Assembly: GCA_964016885.1 (NCBI GenBank) | Contig: OZ024741.1 | Span: forward strand, 365,862,001 to 365,926,000 | DNA length: 64,000 nt | From: Eledone cirrhosa | Lineage: Eukaryota | Direction of reading: 5' to 3' | Part shown: piece after piece, positions 46,912 to 61,321 of the stretch | Position numbering within the stretch: the stretch's first letter is position 1 | How the letters are laid out: each line of letters begins with the position of its first letter | Program-made: the position numbers and the translations under genes | The notes under the pieces: model-generated | The model's database searches: none | What the model was told of the DNA's origin: nothing | What the model saw: only the letters and a program-made list of their open reading frames with translations

Positions 46912-48359
46912 TTATATATATATATATATAATACCGGTAATTCAATGTATTTTGTGCTTGCTGAATATATATGTTGATTTATCTCTGACATATTTCTTAC
47001 AATATATCTAGCTATAGTTAGATATATCCGAGTAGTCAAAAATACCTGCACTCGTATAATCAAATGCAGGTGTGTAAGGGTATTTGATAGAGATTGGTAG
47101 CGATTTTTAGCACAATTTGTTGTCTACCCAGAAGTTTCCTTGGTTCCCTACATTGCCCAATGCATCCTTCCTTTTTTAAGACAGCAACGGTGTGATTTCG
47201 GGGATATCTGGTTGCTATTTCTAGCATCTAAAACAACAAAAGACCGTCTATCTCGTTCCGTTGTAAAGACTCTCGTAATTACATCAGGTAGATGACTTTT
47301 AGCTAAAGGATTGATTGGACGACGCAATCTATAATATTAAGTAAATTCATATTATTCTCGTATAGTTGTGAAAGGAGCATTAAACTATCTATTTAGAATG
47401 CATTAAATATATTATATTGGCTTATAGGCAATTAAAACAAAGATAGCTTTTACTGCTAATCATAAGATAGCACAGACGTATTTGCAATTGTCTTTCTCGA
47501 AACATTACGTGATATCTTTTGTTGAAGATGTATGGTCGTTTACATTAACAATGAATCAAGAATTAGCAATTACGCTTTGTGTGGTAACATTACAAATACA
47601 TAGCGCGGGTGGAAGAAATTAAAAAAATCTATTTAAAACAATACGTGAACAATAATAGAATTATGATACATCACATACGATATTCTTGCAAAAAAAAAAC
47701 AATCAATTGTTTTCATTCTTAAGCACGTGATACATTGTGTCGTTTTTGCGTGGAACAGTCTATTTATATTCAGAGGGATGCTGGATTTATGGAAGGGAGT
47801 AAGATTTTGTGGTGGCTATGGCTTTTTCCAGGAGGCGAATTGGCAGAGTCATTAGAACGTCGGATAGAGTGCTTTATAGTATTATTTCCGGCTCTCTGCT
47901 CTCAGAGTTCAAATCCCGTCGAAGTCAACTTTACCTATCATCCTTTCGAGGTCGAATAGAAAAATACCAGTCTAGTACTGGGGTCGATTCTTCCTCTATA
48001 TCTCATTCACATTTCCTCTCTCTCACTTTTTATCTTTCTCTGGAGAAATCTGCTGTACTCGAACCTGGAGAGGGATGGGCTCCGCCAGGCTTAAAATGCC
48101 CAAGAAACGCTGTATGTCAATACGACACCCATATGACTCTATCAGGAGTTACGGGAACAAAAAATGTCTTTTGCCAAGGCAACTGATGTGGTCAGATACA
48201 CACCACAAATACAAACAAGTAAGAACAATTGTATTGTATTCCTATGGGTACACGTCCCGTGAACGCAGTATTTGCGAATGGTTAAGTAGTTCGTTTATCA
48301 ATCAATAGGTTACATGCTGCAATCACACTGCAGGTCATTGTGAGCAAGTGTCATTTATC

Positions 48360-50080
48360 AAAACCTAGGCACAAAGCCAGCAGTTTGTGTGGATGAGAAA
48401 AACTATTATGAATACACCAGTGCGGTACAGGTACTCGGAAGGGTGAAAAACAAATTTAGCCTCAGGCAGGATTTCAAATCAGAATGTAAAGAGTAGGAAA
48501 ATATGACGCAAACCATTTCATCCGATGCTCTGACGATTCTGAAAATCCATCACACTAATAATGGTTTTTGATTTAGGCACAAAGCCAACAAGGAGAAGTC
48601 GATTAAATGAATCAAATGCGTTACTGTTATTTTATTTATTGACTCTGTAATGATGAAAGGCAAAGCTTACCACGGTGGGATTTGAAATCAGAACATAAAG
48701 GGACGTAACCTTATGCCACAAAGCAGGTTGTCCAATGATCTGCCGATACTACTAATCCACCGACATCTACGGCACTAATATAGTCTCTGATTTCGGAAAA
48801 AAGCCAACAATTTCAGTGGTAGGGAAAGTCGATTAAATCAACCACAGTGCGTTACTGATATTTTATTTTTCTATCTCGCAAGGTTAAAAGGCAAAGCTAA
48901 CCAAGGCGGGATTTGAACCCAGAACGTAAGGAACGTAACTGTATGTCACAAAGCATGTTGTCCGACGTTCTGCAAATGCTGCTAATCCCCTTACTTCCAT
49001 CATATTAATAATTGTTTCTATTTTTGGCACAAGGCCAGCAATTTACCAGTACAGTACTGGTACTTTATTTTATCGACCCGGTAAGGATGAAAGGCAGTTA
49101 ACCTCGGTGGGATTTGAACTCAGAATGGAAAGGGCCGAAACTCTATGCGTCAAAGCATGGCGTCCGACCCTCTACCGATACTGCCAATCCACCATATTAT
49201 TAATGGTTACTGATTTTGGCACAAGGTAAAGGAGGGGAAAGTCGTTTAAATCAACCATAGTGTGTTACCAGCATTTTAATTTGCGACCTCAAAAGATAAC
49301 CTCTGTGGGATTTGAAATAAGAAGGTAAAGGAATATAACTATATGCCGCAAAGCATGTAGTTCGACTCTCTACTGTGACGATCCCTCTGCTTTACATCCA
49401 TCCTACTAATAAGGATTTCTACTATAGACACAAGGCCAGCAATTTGGGGAGAATGGAAAGTCGATTAAATCGACCCCAGTGCAATACTGGTGCTTTATTT
49501 GGTCGACCCCGTAATGATAACAGGCAAAGCTGACCTTGATGGGAATTGAAATCGGAACGTAAACGGAGGTAACAAATGCCTCATAGTATGTGTCCTGAGG
49601 CTCTCCCAAGATTGCCAATCCACCGGCCTCCATTATACTAATAATTGTTTCTACCTACATTTGGCACAAGGCCAGCAATTTAAATGGAGGGAAAGTCAAT
49701 TAAATCGACCACAGCGTGTTGTTTATACTTCATTTTATCGACCTCGTAAGGATACAAGGCAAAGCTAACCTCGGAGGTATTTGAACTCAGAATGTAAAGG
49801 GGCATAACTCTATGCCGCAAAGTATATTCTATAATCCTCTTCCGATACTGCCAATCCTTCATCGTACAAATAATTGTTTCTGCTTTAGGCACAAGGCCAG
49901 TAATTTGAAGGGTTGAGTAAATCGACATGCGGACATTACTGGTGCTGTCCGTTATCGACTCATAAGGCTGACAGGCAAAGGTAACCTTAGCGGGATTTGT
50001 ACTCAGAACGTAAAGGGTCTTACCTCTGTGTCGCGAAGTATGATGTCAGGTGTTCTACCGATAATGCCAATCCATAGCAC
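48360..50080 (-). repeat. Head-to-tail array of about eight diverged S1 SINEs
   Basis: ggcacaa.gccagca ... gggatttgaa.tcagaa ... gccaatcc recurs every ~200-235 bp. Confidence 0.85.
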
Positions 50081-51121
50081 TAATAATTGTTTCTACTTTT
50101 GGCACAAGGCCAGCAATTACCCAGTGCATTACTGGTACTTTATTTTATCGACACTAGTAATAATTGTTTCTGCTTTTGGCACAAGGCCAGCAATTACCCA
50201 GTGCATTACTGGTACTTTATTTTATCGACACTAGTAATAATTGTTTCTACTTTTGGCACAAGGCCAGCAATTACTCAGTGCATTACTGGTACTTTATTTT
50301 ATCGACACTAGTAATAATTGTTTCTACTTTTGGCACAAGGCTAGCAATTACCCAGTGCATTACTGGTACTTTATTTTATCGACACTAGTAATAATTGTTT
50401 CTGCTTTTGGCACAAGGCCAGCAATTACCCAGTGCATTAGTGGTACTTTATTTTATCGACACTAGTAATAATTGTTTCTACTTTTGGCACAAGGCCAGCA
50501 ATTACTCAGTGCATTACTGGTACTTTATTTTATCGACACTAGTAATAATTGTTTCTGCTTTTGGCACAAGGCCAGCAATTACTCAGTGCATTAGTGGTAC
50601 TTTATTTTATCGACACTAGTAATAATTGTTTCTACTTTTGGCACAAGGCCAGCAATTACCCAGTGCATTAGTGGTACTTTATTTTATCGACACTAGTAAT
50701 AATTGTTTCTGCTTTTGGCACAAGGCCAGCAATTACCCAGTGCATTAGTGGTACTTTATTTTATCGACACTAGTAATAATTGTTTCTGCTTTTGGCACAA
50801 GGCCAGCAATTACCCAGTGCATTACTGGTACTTTATTTTATCGACACTAGTAATAATTGTTTCTGCTTTTGGCACAAGGCCAGCAATTACCCAGTGCATT
50901 ACTGGTACTTTATTTTATCGACACTAGTAATAATTGTTTCTGCTTTTGGCACAAGGCCAGCAATTACCCAGTGCATTACTGGTACTTTATTTTATCGACA
51001 CTAGTAATAATTGTTTCTGCTTTTGGCACAAGACCAGCAATTATCCTAGTACATTAGTGGTGCTATATTTTATCTACCCCGAAAGTATGAAAGACAAAGT
51101 TAACCGCGGTGGGATTTGAAC
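50081..51121 (-). repeat. 77-bp minisatellite (about 13 units) derived from the S1 SINE 3' part
   Basis: taataattgtttctrcttttggcacaaggccagcaattacccagtgcattactggtactttattttatcgacactag; last unit runs on into the SINE body. Confidence 0.95.
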
Positions 51122-51339
51122 AAGTAAGTATATATTTTGAAGGGATTCGTAAACTGACATGAGTAAATATATTGAAGTAGTGTATAGACTGACAAGAGCT
51201 TTTGCATTACTTCCAGATACCAAGTTGACAGATAAATATAGAAAACATGAAACTCGAAGCGCAAACATAAGCTACGAGACTGAAGTCTAGGGACGGGAAT
51301 ATATCTTAGGAAACTCATGTGGTTATAAAATATTGAAAT

Positions 51340-51513
<174 letters not shown>

Positions 51514-51549
51514 TATATAGATATAGATAGATAGATAGATAGATAAATA

Positions 51550-51936
51550 TACACAGGTGTGTATGATTGTGTATAGAAGATTATATTAATAAAAGGAATT
51601 CCAACTTTGTCTGATTTACTCGTTTTATTTACAATCCTTTAACATTTATAATGGTATAAGAATGAAATAGTATGGTAGAATATTAAATGTTAAGTGTTAA
51701 TTGAACAAGTACTTTCATGCTTTCGCAATTTTCAGGTTCATAATGTGTGGTGACAGTTGAAAATTGCAAACTTGACTGTCACCACACATTAAGAACCTGA
51801 AGATTGCGAAAGCATGAAAGTACTTGTTCAATTAATACTTAACATTTAATATTCTACCATACTATTTCATTCTTATACCATTATAAATTTTAAAGGATTG
51901 TAAATAAAACGAGTAAATCAGACAAAGTTGGAATTC

Positions 51937-51942
<6 letters not shown>
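51550..51942 (-). mobile_element. Foldback PLE end with hammerhead
   Basis: Arms ~51589-51757 and 51775-51942; gaac-CTGAAGA-ttgcgaaagcat-GAAA-gtac-TT-gttc at 51793-51829; left-arm core mutated to CTGAAAA. Confidence 0.85.
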
Positions 51943-51968
<26 letters not shown>

Positions 51969-51972
<4 letters not shown>

Positions 51973-53306
51973 CGGGGTAACAAATAATAGTTATATGCAG
52001 TCCACGTAGGTGTAGTCCAGTTATGGTATTCCGGGTAGTGGATGATATCAACGCTTGGCTAAGTTTGACTCAACAAGGCGTTTTCATAGTGATGCTGCGA
52101 GTACGCTGTAATTCCTATGCTGTAAACACTTGGAGTAATAATAAATCAGAAAAGAATTTTGACATGGTTTGCTATACAAAAAAGGTTTTTAATCTCATTG
52201 CTGACAATTGTTTCTCTGAACTTGTAGGTCTAGAGATCGCTATCCGCTTGTTTTCACGTTACTCGATCGCCAATACAAAATTATAACCAGTCAGTTCTTC
52301 GGAGCATGCGAGAATGAAGAGGATATACAGGCATGAAAGGAATATACAGTCTACTATATGAAGTAGTAATGGCATTCAGTTAGAACCAACAATGCTAGTA
52401 ATAAATTATTTGAGATGATCACAACATCATACTAGGTGGGGGTTATAGTGTATCTAAGATTTTAGCGTGTAAAACTAGCTGACATGAAGCAGATGTTTAA
52501 AATTGACATGTAAAGAGTGTCGTAGGGTGTATTATATTAATTTTAAAGATAAGCCGGTGTTTATAATCAATGTAGGTCAGGTGGCCTTAATGTTCAGTTT
52601 TTATATGACCGATGAAGCATTTATCACTGAGTAGAATTTGTGTGGTCTATATTAGATGAGAATATAGTCTTTCTTTTCCATCCTCAATAACATACATGTA
52701 GGGGACAACACTGTCAAATCTAAATAATGGGCAAGTTAATACAGTATTAACACAGTATTAATACAAGTTAATACTATATTCATCTAATATAGACCACACA
52801 AATTCTACTCAGTGATAAATGCTTCATCGGTCAGATAAAAACTGAACATTACGGCCACCTGACCTACATTGATTATAAACACCGGCTTATCTTTAAAATT
52901 GATATAATACACCCTACAACACTCTTTACATGTCAATTTTAAACATCTGCTTCATGTCAGCTAGTTTTACACGCTAAAATCTTAGATACACTATAACCCC
53001 CACCTAGTATGATGTTGTGATCATCTCAAATAATTTATTACTAGCATTGTTGATATTGTTGTTATTGTTCTAAGTGAATGCCATTACTACTTCATATAGT
53101 AGACTGTATATTCCTTTCATGCCTGTATATCCTCTTCATTGTCGCATGCTCCGAAGAACTGACTGGTTATAATTTTGTATTGGCGATCGAGTAACGTGAA
53201 AACAAGCGGATAGCGATCTCTAGACCTACAAGTTCAGAGAAACAATTGTCAGCAATTAGATTAAAAACCTTTTTTGTATAGCAAACCATGTCAATCTTCT
53301 TTCCTG

Positions 53307-53312
<6 letters not shown>
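51969..53312 (-). mobile_element. Foldback family P2: ~170-nt tail + ~520-bp inverted arms
   Basis: 52141-52659 inverted vs 52780-53312; TA flanks. Confidence 0.88.
53147..53254 (+). ncRNA. Hammerhead with CCGAAGA core and ~80-nt stem II (mirror 52199-52306 -)
   Basis: tgct-CCGAAGA-actga...tcaga-GAAA-caattg-TC-agca. Confidence 0.65.
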
Positions 53313-55637
<2,325 letters not shown>

Positions 55638-56465
55638 CGCAATACGTTAAGGTGATTTTAGTTATACAAAGATGCTCACATACACACACATATAGGCACA
55701 AATACACTCACAGGCGTGCATACATACACACTAACACATAGAGGCCTGGACACATACAGATATGTTTCGCATACCTAAACGCACAGATGTGCATATATGC
55801 ACACAAGACATGCACACGTACACACACGTATACATATCACCCTCACACATAAATGCAAGAATAGTTGTGTGGTTAAGATGACATCATTTCAAAGATTCTT
55901 CAAGTTTCATCCTACCATATATTCCCTTGAAGAAGTGTCTTCTATTGTTACCTCGAAATCACTTAGAGCTTCTCATTGAATTTTGGTAGACGGAAGCTGG
56001 GTAGAAGCTGACTAGAGTGTTCGTTCCTCTATTTGCTAATTAATCTAACTGTTGGTTTAAAATCCCAAACTGGATAATCGAATATATCCCTTATTCAACG
56101 TTAAGCCCTTGCGCCTATGTTACAAATCATTAGAACTATTGTCACTTGTACAATTTTCTAGCGTTTGTATGTTTGTAATGTTATTGCAAAAGCCTCGTAA
56201 CGATTTCAAATGTCATGGAAGTGAAAGCGCATGGGTTAGTGTTAAGGGATGTTTGGGTCACTACTTAAGGGTGTGAGTTCTAGTCACGTCGGCGTATTGC
56301 CTTCTTAAACAAGACACTTTATTTCAGATTACTCCAATTCACTCAACTAGCAACTGTACTTGTAATTCAAAAGAGCAGGCTTATCACATATTGTGTCATG
56401 CTGAATCTACCTGAGGCATGTACAAATGATTTGGAACAAGTCTCCTGCAATCAGTCGATCGGTAT

Positions 56466-56499
<34 letters not shown>

Positions 56500-56500
<1 letters not shown>

Positions 56501-57075
56501 TCTTTATTTGCCACAAGCACATACAAGAAATGGGATATTACATGACGTGACGGCGGGTTTTTTTTACATAGAAATCATATAAACTTTAACATTAATAAAT
56601 AACAATAAACTATATATAAAATAAAATAACAATCGAAATCCCCAATAGGAGCGAACGTTGCTGCGTGGGTGTTTTACACCCCGTAGATAGAACAACCCTC
56701 AACAACAGAGCACGTTCTATAGGTGTTGCCGTCTTCCCTCTTTTTGTCTTCCTGAACCTACAGGCTTATATACAGAGAAGGCCCATTTACTCGGGTCATT
56801 TTCGCCGCATTCAGCCACCTTTCAGTGAATTTACTGGGGTGTAACACCCCTCTCTCCACTTTCACCTTCCTTCTGCAATGATACTTAAAGAAGAGGATAA
56901 GTTGTTGTCCGGAGAGGAAGGTGTTTGCTCCCAGTCCTTTCAATCTGGTCCACCACATTACCTCTTTCGCCATAACCACCAGACAGAGGCATTTTATAAT
57001 GAAGGCGGGCGGGTGATTCTCACGATGAACTCGGTTGACAACTGGATGCGTAAATAGGGGAATAATGATAAACAG
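56500..57075 (-). mobile_element. 3' fragment of an L1/Tx1-like LINE
   Basis: ORF end LVVMAKEVMWWTR...F.ERW*, 3' UTR with AATAAA next to a (TATC)n tract; clade assignment from motif memory. Confidence 0.6.
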
Positions 57076-57151
57076 ATAAATAGACATATAGATAGACAGG
57101 TATATATATATATATATATATATATTTGTTTTGCAAGGTTTTTGATATGAA

Positions 57152-57237
<86 letters not shown>

Positions 57238-57402
57238 GTAATAAATAATAATAATAAAATCCAAAGAGGGCTCGATAAGGATAAATATAAATCAAATATA
57301 TAAGCAGCCTAGAGCAAATATTTATTAAAATGACAGATTAAAGTTTAAACCTTAAACTTTAATCTGTTATTTTAATAAATATATATATATATATGTGTGT
57401 GT

Positions 57403-57460
<58 letters not shown>

Positions 57461-57541
57461 GGTAAACAGAAGTAACAACACAATCAGTACAGTATATGGA
57501 AGAAATATATTAGGTTAACGCTTGATATAGCAGGAAGAGGG

Positions 57542-57577
57542 TCTTAATGTTTCGGACGCTAGTCCTTCATCAGAAGA
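57542..57577 (-). ncRNA. Minimal hammerhead of a PLE 3' end fragment (~57457-57800)
   Basis: tctt-CTGATGA-aggactagcgtcc-GAAA-caTT-aaga; stem III probably decayed from ACGT. Confidence 0.65.
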
Positions 57578-57800
57578 AAGAATGAGAAATAAGATAGTTT
57601 GAGGGCACGGGCGGATGGAATTGGAAGATATATCTTTAGATAAAAATAACAGGTCCATTCGTGTTGACATCTCTTGGAAAACTGTTGATGCTGGCTCCAT
57701 CATCCACTTTTCCTTTAGAAAAGTGGATGATGGAGCACGTCTACATGAAATGAAAAAAAAACGTTTTGTAAAAAGAGCTATACTTGTGCACGTGCGCAAG

Positions 57801-57836
<36 letters not shown>

Positions 57837-58093
57837 GTGCTATAATTATACGTCCGTACGAAACTAAGAAGAAAAGTGTATGTAGGAAAAAGAGTGTGTG
57901 TGCATGTAAGTACGAAGCTATGAGCAAAAGTAAGTTAATATTAGGGTGTGTATGTGTGTATACGGAGCAGTGAAGGGGAAAGCGGAGTGAGCATATTTAC
58001 TCGGTCTGTATTAGTTGTAAGAGAAAATGTAAATGATCATGAGAGAGCGATAGGAACTTAGGGGTGAATGTACAAGCGCGTGAAAATGAACGG

Positions 58094-58196
<103 letters not shown>

Positions 58197-58319
58197 AGAG
58201 ATAGGCGATACATGTAGTTATTTGCCAATAGCATATGCAAATGTGCTCAATACTTGTGCCTGCAGTGTTAAATATTGGAAGTGTTAATATCTAGTGAGCG
58301 AGAATATAAGCAGAGCGGA

Positions 58320-59030
58320 TACATGTGAAGAAGTATATAAAGGAGAACAAACCTATAAAACATGTTTATTTAAAACAGCACCTACGTACGTTTCGCCCCA
58401 AAACAAAAAACTAAGACACTCCACTTCACTTGCCAATTACATCACAGCATTAAAAGACTCAAATATCAGCTTCTCCACGCACTGGGAAATTATCGGCAGA
58501 GTAGCACCGTACAATTTCAAGAGGAAGTGCGAGCTTTGCCTCATGGAGCTTTACCATATCATAACGGCACCCCCTGAGCTCATCAACAGCAGAGCAGAAA
58601 CAGTGATAAACTGCAGGCACCGTATAAAAATCTCTTACTCCAGATGGAATAAGAATGAGGCGCGAAAACCGTAAACCGGGTCACCCCGCACCAAACCTTA
58701 ATACAATGGTGGGCAGGCGCTGCAAATAAACATCTGGAAACTAACCATGCATCCCAGACCCGACATGAATCTACAATGGTAAAGCAGTACCAACACAATA
58801 GTAACGGGTAACAAATAGGTTGGGAACACTGCTGCTCTAACACCGGCTAGAGTTATCTCCCTTGATCTACTGCAATATCAATACATGTGGTTTGAAACCC
58901 CTTCTGGGTAACGTAAGGAACACTCTTTAGTTTTTTATGCTCTTGAGAAGCCCTCTCGGGCGAAACGTACGTAGGTGTTTTAAATAAATATGTTTTAACG
59001 GTTTGTTCTCCTTTATATACTTCTTCACGT
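58320..59030 (+). mobile_element. 5'-truncated Naiad-type PLE: short inverted arm, endonuclease C-terminus (58399-58674), 3' UTR
   Basis: 58320-58398 inverted vs 58957-59030; HSTSLANYI, WEII, KCELCLMELYHI, INSRAETVINCRHR. Confidence 0.85.
58937..58978 (+). ncRNA. Hammerhead, U3-A8 variant
   Basis: TTGAGAA-gccctctcgggc-GAAA-cgtacg-TA-ggtg; palindromic stem III; stem I imperfect. Confidence 0.75.
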
Positions 59031-59042
59031 ATATATATATAT

Positions 59043-59234
59043 GTAGTTTGCTTAAAGTATTGTGGAATAAGAAATACAAATTTAACTAAGAAATAAGATT
59101 AAATATTTGGACGTCAGCCAACGGTGTGAGATTATAAGTCTTTATATCCTATTTTCTTTAATTCTTATTACCTTGGAACTCATACGAATTGTCGAGCTTC
59201 CAAATATTAAAGCTTAATTCCTAGTTAAATTTGT

Positions 59235-59235
<1 letters not shown>
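59043..59235 (-). mobile_element. Small degenerate foldback + tail
   Basis: 59074-59110 inverted vs 59198-59235. Confidence 0.6.
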
Positions 59236-59311
<76 letters not shown>

Positions 59312-59316
<5 letters not shown>

Positions 59317-59662
59317 TTGGTGTTAGATGCTTAAAGCGTCCGCATGCGGTAGGCCGTATGAGCACTCAATGCCCTCCGAGAGCAGAGTATGATATCACGG
59401 AAAAAAGAGAATCAGTGTTGCGACGAAAGGAATTTATTGGACATATTACAATTGTTTTTTCGAACGACCAGCTGGAGGCACGATCGATATGGTGATCAAA
59501 CCTGACTCTGAAATCGCGTGGTCGTCGGAGACGATCACCATATCGATCGTGAGGTTTGATCACCATATCGATCGTGCCTCCAGCTGGTCGCCCGAAAAAC
59601 AATTGTAATATGTCCAATAAATTCCTTTCGTCGCAACACTGATTCTCTTTTTTCTGTGATAT
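59312..59662 (-). mobile_element. Foldback element: tail + ~112-bp inverted arms
   Basis: 59391-59503 inverted vs 59551-59662; only a possible 3' half of a hammerhead (aaacaattgta) remains. Confidence 0.8.
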
Positions 59663-59708
59663 ATATATAAATATATATGTGTGTGTGTGTGTGTATATAT
59701 ATATACAT

Positions 59709-59754
<46 letters not shown>

Positions 59755-59790
59755 TGTGTGTGCGTGTGTATGTGTGTGTGTGTGTGTGTG

Positions 59791-59829
<39 letters not shown>

Positions 59830-59909
59830 GAGTTGATTTTTTCTGGTTATCAACGTGTCGTAAAATTTTTATTTTCAAATTCATGTGACATTTTTATAAT
59901 CTTCTACAC

Positions 59910-60603
59910 CAAAGGTTCTCAACGGGTGGCATATGCACGCCTGGGAGGCGTTTCGAACTCCAGGGGGGCGTTTGGGAGCAAGGTCGCGTTAGGGGGGCGT
60001 TTGGAGCTGGGGGAGGGGGGTTGGGGGCGCTGGAAGGCTGTTTATTTTGGTAAGTTTTATAAGCCATATTTGTATGTCTTTGAGACAGCCAGTGTGAATG
60101 CATTTGAATGAGCTTGCAGACAGCATAACTATAGTCTGACCGCAGCTGTGAGCAGGTGTGCAGGCATGTCTGGTAATTGATACGTTAACCGGTAATTGAG
60201 ATCCTAAAAATGGAAAAACCCACAGTCAACTGGGTCAAAGACGCTTTGAGCGCAGCCAGTTAGAATCTTATCTTTCCTTCACCGATAACAATGTAGTTAA
60301 TGTCTGAAATTATTGACTCAACCGTAACGAGTTAACACTATGTAGATCTATTTTATTCCCTATTGTATAAATAATATTACAAATAAAAAAAAAGAAAAGA
60401 AAAAACAGAAGCGAGTAGCACACACATCTAGGACCACATACAACACATAATCAGATAATACACACATCTTTGGAATATTGTTAATCTACTGATATAAAAA
60501 TCAGTAGTATATTGAAAAATAGAAAAATAGGGGGGGGGGGGGCGTTTCGTGATTTCGAGGGACAAAAAAGGGGCGTTTGGCCTAAATGGGTTGAGAACCT
60601 GTG
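59910..60603. mobile_element. Non-autonomous hAT (Charlie-like) MITE
   Basis: TIRs caaaggttctcaac / gttgagaacctgtg; perfect 8-bp TSD ttctacac at 59902-59909 and 60604-60611. Confidence 0.92.
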
Positions 60604-61321
60604 TTCTACACTATACTATCGAAACTATTTCATGACTTCACGAGCTGCATCACTGTGATGGTGCTGTTGGTGGCAAGGGGGTTACATAGTCAATTGCCTA
60701 TTAAACCTATGCGCATTTAATTAATGTACCGTATCAATGGATCCTCCGTCGGTTTCAAAAATGTGCATTCTACGATGTGTGTTTCGATCACCTTAGCGTC
60801 TGATCAGTGATTCAGCGTGTAAGTTTGAACTTTCTACACACCTGTCTATCCTTAATGTAATTATCATGCAGAAGCAGCATTTATGACAAAGCTGGATATT
60901 TTGAATTAATGGCAGAATCAATTCTACTGACTTGGAACATCCTCACAGAGTGCTTCTACCCAATTTCAGCTACGAGGCCTGGATTGATCAGAGGCTTTGA
61001 TAAAGATATTTACGCAAGATGTTAAGCAGTGGGATCGAAATTTGAACCTCGAACTTCTTTAGCATTAACCTATGCTTGCATTCACAACGCAAGTTCAAAT
61101 TTGGAATGTTAGTTGAAATTTTGCAATCGTTGTTATAGGTTTTTAATTCCAGGTCAAGTATGAAAGAGCAGCAATTGATCAAGGCTATTCTAACTGTTAC
61201 AACCACGTAATAGTTTTTTTCAGAATTTTTATTTAGGTATTAGTCAACTCTGAATAGTTGATGATAAAATTTTTTAGTCATTCTATATGATTTCTTTTTA
61301 CCTTTCTTACATCTAAAATGT

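Noticed and set aside
50028-51119. Series of 74-aa ORFs
   Set aside because: Artefact of the 77-bp SINE-derived repeat.
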